NCBI GenBank assembly: GCA_016234155.1
Contig: JACRGZ010000152.1
Coordinates: forward strand, 1 to 34,649
Length of the DNA: 34,649 nt
Source: Nitrospirota bacterium
GTDB taxonomy: Bacteria > Nitrospirota > 9FT-COMBO-42-15 > HDB-SIOI813
Direction of reading: 5' to 3'
The notes beneath the pieces were generated by a model that worked only from the letters and a program-made list of their open reading frames with translations, ran no database searches and had not been told where the DNA came from. Shown here in pieces: positions 32,083 through 34,649 of the stretch (its first letter is position 1; each line of letters starts with the position of its first letter). The translations under genes were made by a program, and so were the position numbers.

Positions 32083-32886
32083 ATGGTTAGAGTTTTTCTT
32101 ATTCTTGCCCTGCTCGTCGGATTACTGATGGCATTTCCCCTTCCGGGTATTTCCTCTCCGATTTCACAAGGGGATGATATGGCATTGATCCCTGAAGGAT
32201 ATTTCATAATGGGGACAGGGCCTGAGACCGGAAAAGCAGGAGAAGACTATGGTGTTGATGAAGAACCAAGGCACAAGATTTACATAAGGGAATTCTATAT
32301 TGACCGCTATGAGGTCACGATCGGGCAATACAAAAAATATCTTAAGGCGACAGGCCTGACATGGGTTGGCGACACCGATTTCCCGGATGAGTATCCTCCG
32401 GAAGTCGTTTTCAATCCACCGCAGAGAGATAAATACCCGGTGAACTATATGTCATGGAATGATGCTAATGAATTTTGCCACTGGAAGGTGAAGAGGCTTC
32501 CCACAGAAGAAGAATGGGAAAAGGCCGCCCGAGGCACCGATGGAACGACTTATCCCTGGGGGAATGAGTTTGATCCACAAAAGACCAACTCCGAAGATGC
32601 AGGTATCAAAGGGCCGGCACCTGTCGGCAGTTTTCCGGAGGATAAAAGTCCATTCGGACTATACGATGTAAGCGGCAATCTTATGGAATGGACAAGTTCC
32701 CATTATCTTCCTTATGAGGGAAATACGCTGAAAGACGGACGATGGACCACCAACGCCTATGTCCTCAAAGGAGGATCTTTTTTGCTGCCTGGAAAGTTGT
32801 TTGCCCGGCCTGCCCGTCGCTCAATTGCCTATCCTGGCTATGCCCACCGGATGTTTGGTTTCAGGTGTGTCAAGGATGTACATTAA
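32083..32886 (+). CDS. Exported FGE-sulfatase domain protein (SUMF1/EgtB/PvdO family)
   Basis: 267-aa ORF starting 2 nt after the cytochrome stop, with a signal peptide MVRVFLILALLVGLLMAFPLPG. Motifs: YPVNYMSWNDANEFCHWKVKRLPTEEEWEKAARGTDGTTYPWGN, GLYDVSGNLMEWTSS, LKGGSF, FGFRCVKD. Confidence 0.8.
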   Translation: MVRVFLILALLVGLLMAFPLPGISSPISQGDDMALIPEGYFIMGTGPETGKAGEDYGVDEEPRHKIYIREFYIDRYEVTIGQYKKYLKATGLTWVGDTDFPDEYPPEVVFNPPQRDKYPVNYMSWNDANEFCHWKVKRLPTEEEWEKAARGTDGTTYPWGNEFDPQKTNSEDAGIKGPAPVGSFPEDKSPFGLYDVSGNLMEWTSSHYLPYEGNTLKDGRWTTNAYVLKGGSFLLPGKLFARPARRSIAYPGYAHRMFGFRCVKDVH

Positions 32887-32889
32887 GAT

Positions 32890-33864
32890 CTATTTAAAAT
32901 ACATCTTCACCTGTCCTTTAAGATCCCATCCCTCTAAGTTGAGAAAGAGGGGGGCCATACGCCCCTTCTTCAAGTCTACATAAAAGACCTTGTCACCTGA
33001 TTTTATAATATCCTTTTCAAGAGGGTCTACGGTAAAGTAGTGGGTAAATTTCATATCTCCCACCCCGCCGACATCATAGTCTATGTCGAAACATAGTGTT
33101 AACCATTTCTTCAGATAATACTCGCCACCAATGCCGAGGTAGGTCGCATACCCGTTCCCGCTAATTCCTGTTTCTGTAACTTTATAGAAGTTAAATCCTT
33201 CCTCAGGGGCGTAAACATGGAGCCACACATCGGTTGTCAAATATGCCCTGGTAACGGCAAGGAACCCCATTTCTGCATAGAACCTGCTGGCAGGCTTTTG
33301 GGAAAGGGGTAAAGTTTCCTGATCTTTCTTATCTTCTGACTTCTTACTTCTATCCCCAGATTCTCGCCATGTCCAGTATCTCCTGACCCCGAGCCAAGAC
33401 TGGTTGAGCGAAAGAGAAAATCTCATCTCGCGGGTGGCAGGAATGTTAAAACCGACAAAGAAGGCACGGACATCTCTCGATTTGGAATCGAACACGGCCA
33501 TGCTTCCACCAAAGACAACCGCATAGCGGGGATTAAGATCGGCTTGGATCTGCAACCCGACCTTCGGCGCGTTTGGGCTCATCTCCGGCATTTCAGGGCT
33601 GATACCCTGATAGATCACCGGATAGGTGGATGGCCTTGCCTCGGTGTTCCGGGGACCGAGTTCCACCTCTCGATGTTTTAAGATATAGTTAAGCTCATCA
33701 AACCTTGGGAGGTAGTAGCCTTCGACAACGGAGAGGCTCCACTGGACTGCGGCATGGCTTATGGAAGGAAGGAGAAGGAGTGCGAGAATTGCAATGACCG
33801 GAATTATTGCACTCCATGTCCCGGCCCTCCGAGCGATATGGCGGTAATAATTGAGAACTTCCAT
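32890..33864 (-). CDS. Exported hypothetical protein, possibly an outer-membrane beta-barrel (324 aa)
   Basis: Track ORF 32890..34029. I prefer ATG 33864 (MEVLNYYRHIARRAGTWSAIIPVIAILALLLLPSISHA/AVQ, a signal peptide), because the longer form overlaps the upstream gene end and has no signal sequence. The second half has an alternating hydrophobic pattern (YATYLGIGGEYYL, LTLCFDIDYDVG) and a charged insert (SGDRSKKSEDKKDQE). Its stop is only 3 nt from the convergent FGE gene stop. Confidence 0.6.
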   Translation of the reverse strand: MEVLNYYRHIARRAGTWSAIIPVIAILALLLLPSISHAAVQWSLSVVEGYYLPRFDELNYILKHREVELGPRNTEARPSTYPVIYQGISPEMPEMSPNAPKVGLQIQADLNPRYAVVFGGSMAVFDSKSRDVRAFFVGFNIPATREMRFSLSLNQSWLGVRRYWTWRESGDRSKKSEDKKDQETLPLSQKPASRFYAEMGFLAVTRAYLTTDVWLHVYAPEEGFNFYKVTETGISGNGYATYLGIGGEYYLKKWLTLCFDIDYDVGGVGDMKFTHYFTVDPLEKDIIKSGDKVFYVDLKKGRMAPLFLNLEGWDLKGQVKMYFK

Positions 33865-33910
33865 CGTAGTGCTTAATTGCAATATTAAACGATATAAAAT
33901 AGTTGTTATC

Positions 33911-33945
33911 CCCGAGTGCTTTAATCGGTGATTAAACACTTCGGG
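33911..33945 (-). terminator. Imperfect hairpin downstream of the RND gene (possible terminator or processing site)
   Basis: The minus strand reads CCCGAAGTGTTTAATC acc GATTAAAGCACTCGGG, forming stems of 7+4+4 bp with two single-nucleotide bulges. There is no adjacent U-tract. Confidence 0.25.
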
Positions 33946-34000
33946 AATGACATAATAACTAATACTTTTACAAGTAAGCAGTAGTTGAACTCCATGCTCA

Positions 34001-34649
34001 TTACTTATAAATAAATCCAGGCCGCACAACCTTCACTATAGCAGGCAGTACAATAAGTGTCGCTAAGGAGCTTGTGATCATGGCGAGGGGCACAAGAAAA
34101 CCTTCCATGTGGAGGTAGTATCCGGTGAAGAGTAATGTAATGCCGCCTACTGACATGGCTGCTGCGACAAAGATTATCGCCTTCCCGGCAGTCAAGAGTG
34201 TCCGTCGCACCGCTGCATCTACCCCTGTTTTCTGATCTCTAACTTCTAACTTCTGACTTCCAACTTCTGCATTCTCCCCTCTAACTTCTTCCCTAAGCCT
34301 GTAAATCAGATAAATTGAGTAGTCCGCCCCAAAGCCTACTGCCATAGCTGAGATGGCGGCCGTGCCTACTCCAAGCCCTATACCGAAGAGGCCAAGCACG
34401 CCGAAGTTAGTCAACACGGCTATACCAAGGGGCAGGAGGACAAGGATGCCTGCGACCGGTGACCTTAATACGATAGCTGTAATAACAAATACTATGCCTG
34501 CGATCTGGAGAATATTCCATATCTTACCTGCGACCATTGTCTGATTAAGCGCCATCATGACAGGGATACTGCCGGCAACGCCTATCTTGATGCCGGGCGG
34601 GAAACCTGCCCCCCCACCCTGCCCCTCCCCCGCAAGGGGGGAGGGAACA
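34001..34649 (-). CDS. RND/MMPL-superfamily transporter permease, C-terminal part (gene continues past the right edge)
   Basis: The track ORF begins at 34558, but my translation of the same frame stays open to 34648 (FPPPLAGEGQGGGAGFPPGIKIGVAGSIPVMMALNQ...). C-terminal TM bundle: GIGLGVGTAAISAMAVGFGADYSIYLIYRLREE...AVRRTLLTAGKAIIFVAAAMSVGGITLLF...SSLATLIVLPAIV. Confidence 0.7.
   Translation of the reverse strand, partial: VPSPLAGEGQGGGAGFPPGIKIGVAGSIPVMMALNQTMVAGKIWNILQIAGIVFVITAIVLRSPVAGILVLLPLGIAVLTNFGVLGLFGIGLGVGTAAISAMAVGFGADYSIYLIYRLREEVRGENAEVGSQKLEVRDQKTGVDAAVRRTLLTAGKAIIFVAAAMSVGGITLLFTGYYLHMEGFLVPLAMITSSLATLIVLPAIVKVVRPGFIYK
34241..34268 (-). repeat. Heptanucleotide tandem repeat inside the RND gene
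   Basis: The plus strand reads AACTTCT AACTTCT GACTTCC AACTTCT (coding strand AGAAGTT-type units), with a further AACTTCT at 34283-34289. It encodes part of ...GENAEVGSQKLEVRDQK... in a loop just after the YRLREE motif. Confidence 0.6.
34609..34645. repeat. G/C-rich palindromic element in frame inside the RND gene
   Basis: Sequence cccccccaccctgcccctcccccgcaaggggggaggg. The hairpin is cccctccccc / gcaa / ggggggaggg (9 bp plus one bulge, with a GNRA-type loop). It shares a 14/15 match with the complement of 11192-11206. It is translated as ...PPPLAGEGQGGGAG... Confidence 0.5.

Noticed and set aside
32948-32970. Short hairpin (GGGGC catac GCCCC plus G-U extensions, followed by TTCTTC) about 60 nt past the FGE stop, inside the convergent gene's 3' end
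   Set aside because: The stem is only about 5-7 bp, the U-tract is poor, and the sequence is coding on the opposite strand. The evidence is insufficient to call a terminator, although the 3-nt gap between the convergent stops means any terminator must lie within coding sequence.
1-34649. Scan for tRNA/rRNA genes, CRISPR arrays, transposases, integrases, phage genes, toxin-antitoxin or known defence-system genes
   Set aside because: I found none. There are no regularly spaced direct repeats, no cloverleaf-like segments in the few intergenic regions, and no ORF with recombinase, nuclease, ATPase or other defence-type motifs. The window is almost entirely envelope, glycosylation, surface-protein and redox genes.

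Overview
This 34.6-kb window comes from a diderm (Gram-negative-type) bacterium. I saw no rRNA, tRNA, CRISPR array, transposase or integrase. Spot GC counts run from about 30% to 55%. The window has three blocks.

(A) Positions 1-19802, all on the minus strand, form a very dense envelope-glycosylation and export supercluster.
- Seven head-to-tail paralogous genes encode a polytopic GT-C-type (TMTC/DUF1736-like) membrane glycosyltransferase fused to C-terminal TPR repeats. The seventh is missing from the ORF track because it runs off the left edge; I translated it by hand.
- Upstream of these lie a DPM1/Ppm1/GtrB-like GT2 polyprenyl-phosphate sugar synthase, two further TPR-less GT-C (PMT_2/ArnT-like) membrane enzymes, a 949-aa protein with a TPR domain plus a C-terminal beta-barrel (BcsC/PgaA/PelB-like architecture), and a stand-alone secreted orphan protein.
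- The orphan gene has a near-consensus sigma-54 promoter, a strong Shine-Dalgarno (SD) site and a textbook intrinsic terminator.

(B) Positions 20328-32886, on the plus strand, encode cell-surface and redox proteins.
- A 2013-aa secreted multidomain surface protein.
- A 696-aa secreted protein that shares an unassigned C-terminal module of about 180-215 aa with the giant protein.
- A 250-aa protein that shares an unassigned N-terminal module with the 696-aa protein and ends in a Gly-Cys / TM / Arg-rich tail.
- A c-type cytochrome of about 917 aa with 12 heme-binding motifs.
- An exported FGE/SUMF1-family protein.

(C) Positions 32890-34649, on the minus strand, encode a putative outer-membrane protein and the C-terminal part of an RND/MMPL-type transporter that runs off the right edge.

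The best candidate for an undescribed system is nine GT-C enzymes, a lipid-carrier sugar synthase and a TPR porin, all on one strand and placed divergently from Ig/FN3-rich surface proteins. Other notable signals:
- Three exact TTGACA-N16-18-TATAAT promoters sit directly in front of start codons, giving leaderless or very short-leader geometry.
- G/C-rich palindromic elements occur in frame inside two coding sequences.
- A low-GC island covers the two TPR-less GT-C genes.
- Several simple-sequence tracts lie inside coding regions.

All functional calls rest on motifs I recognised by eye. No database search was run.
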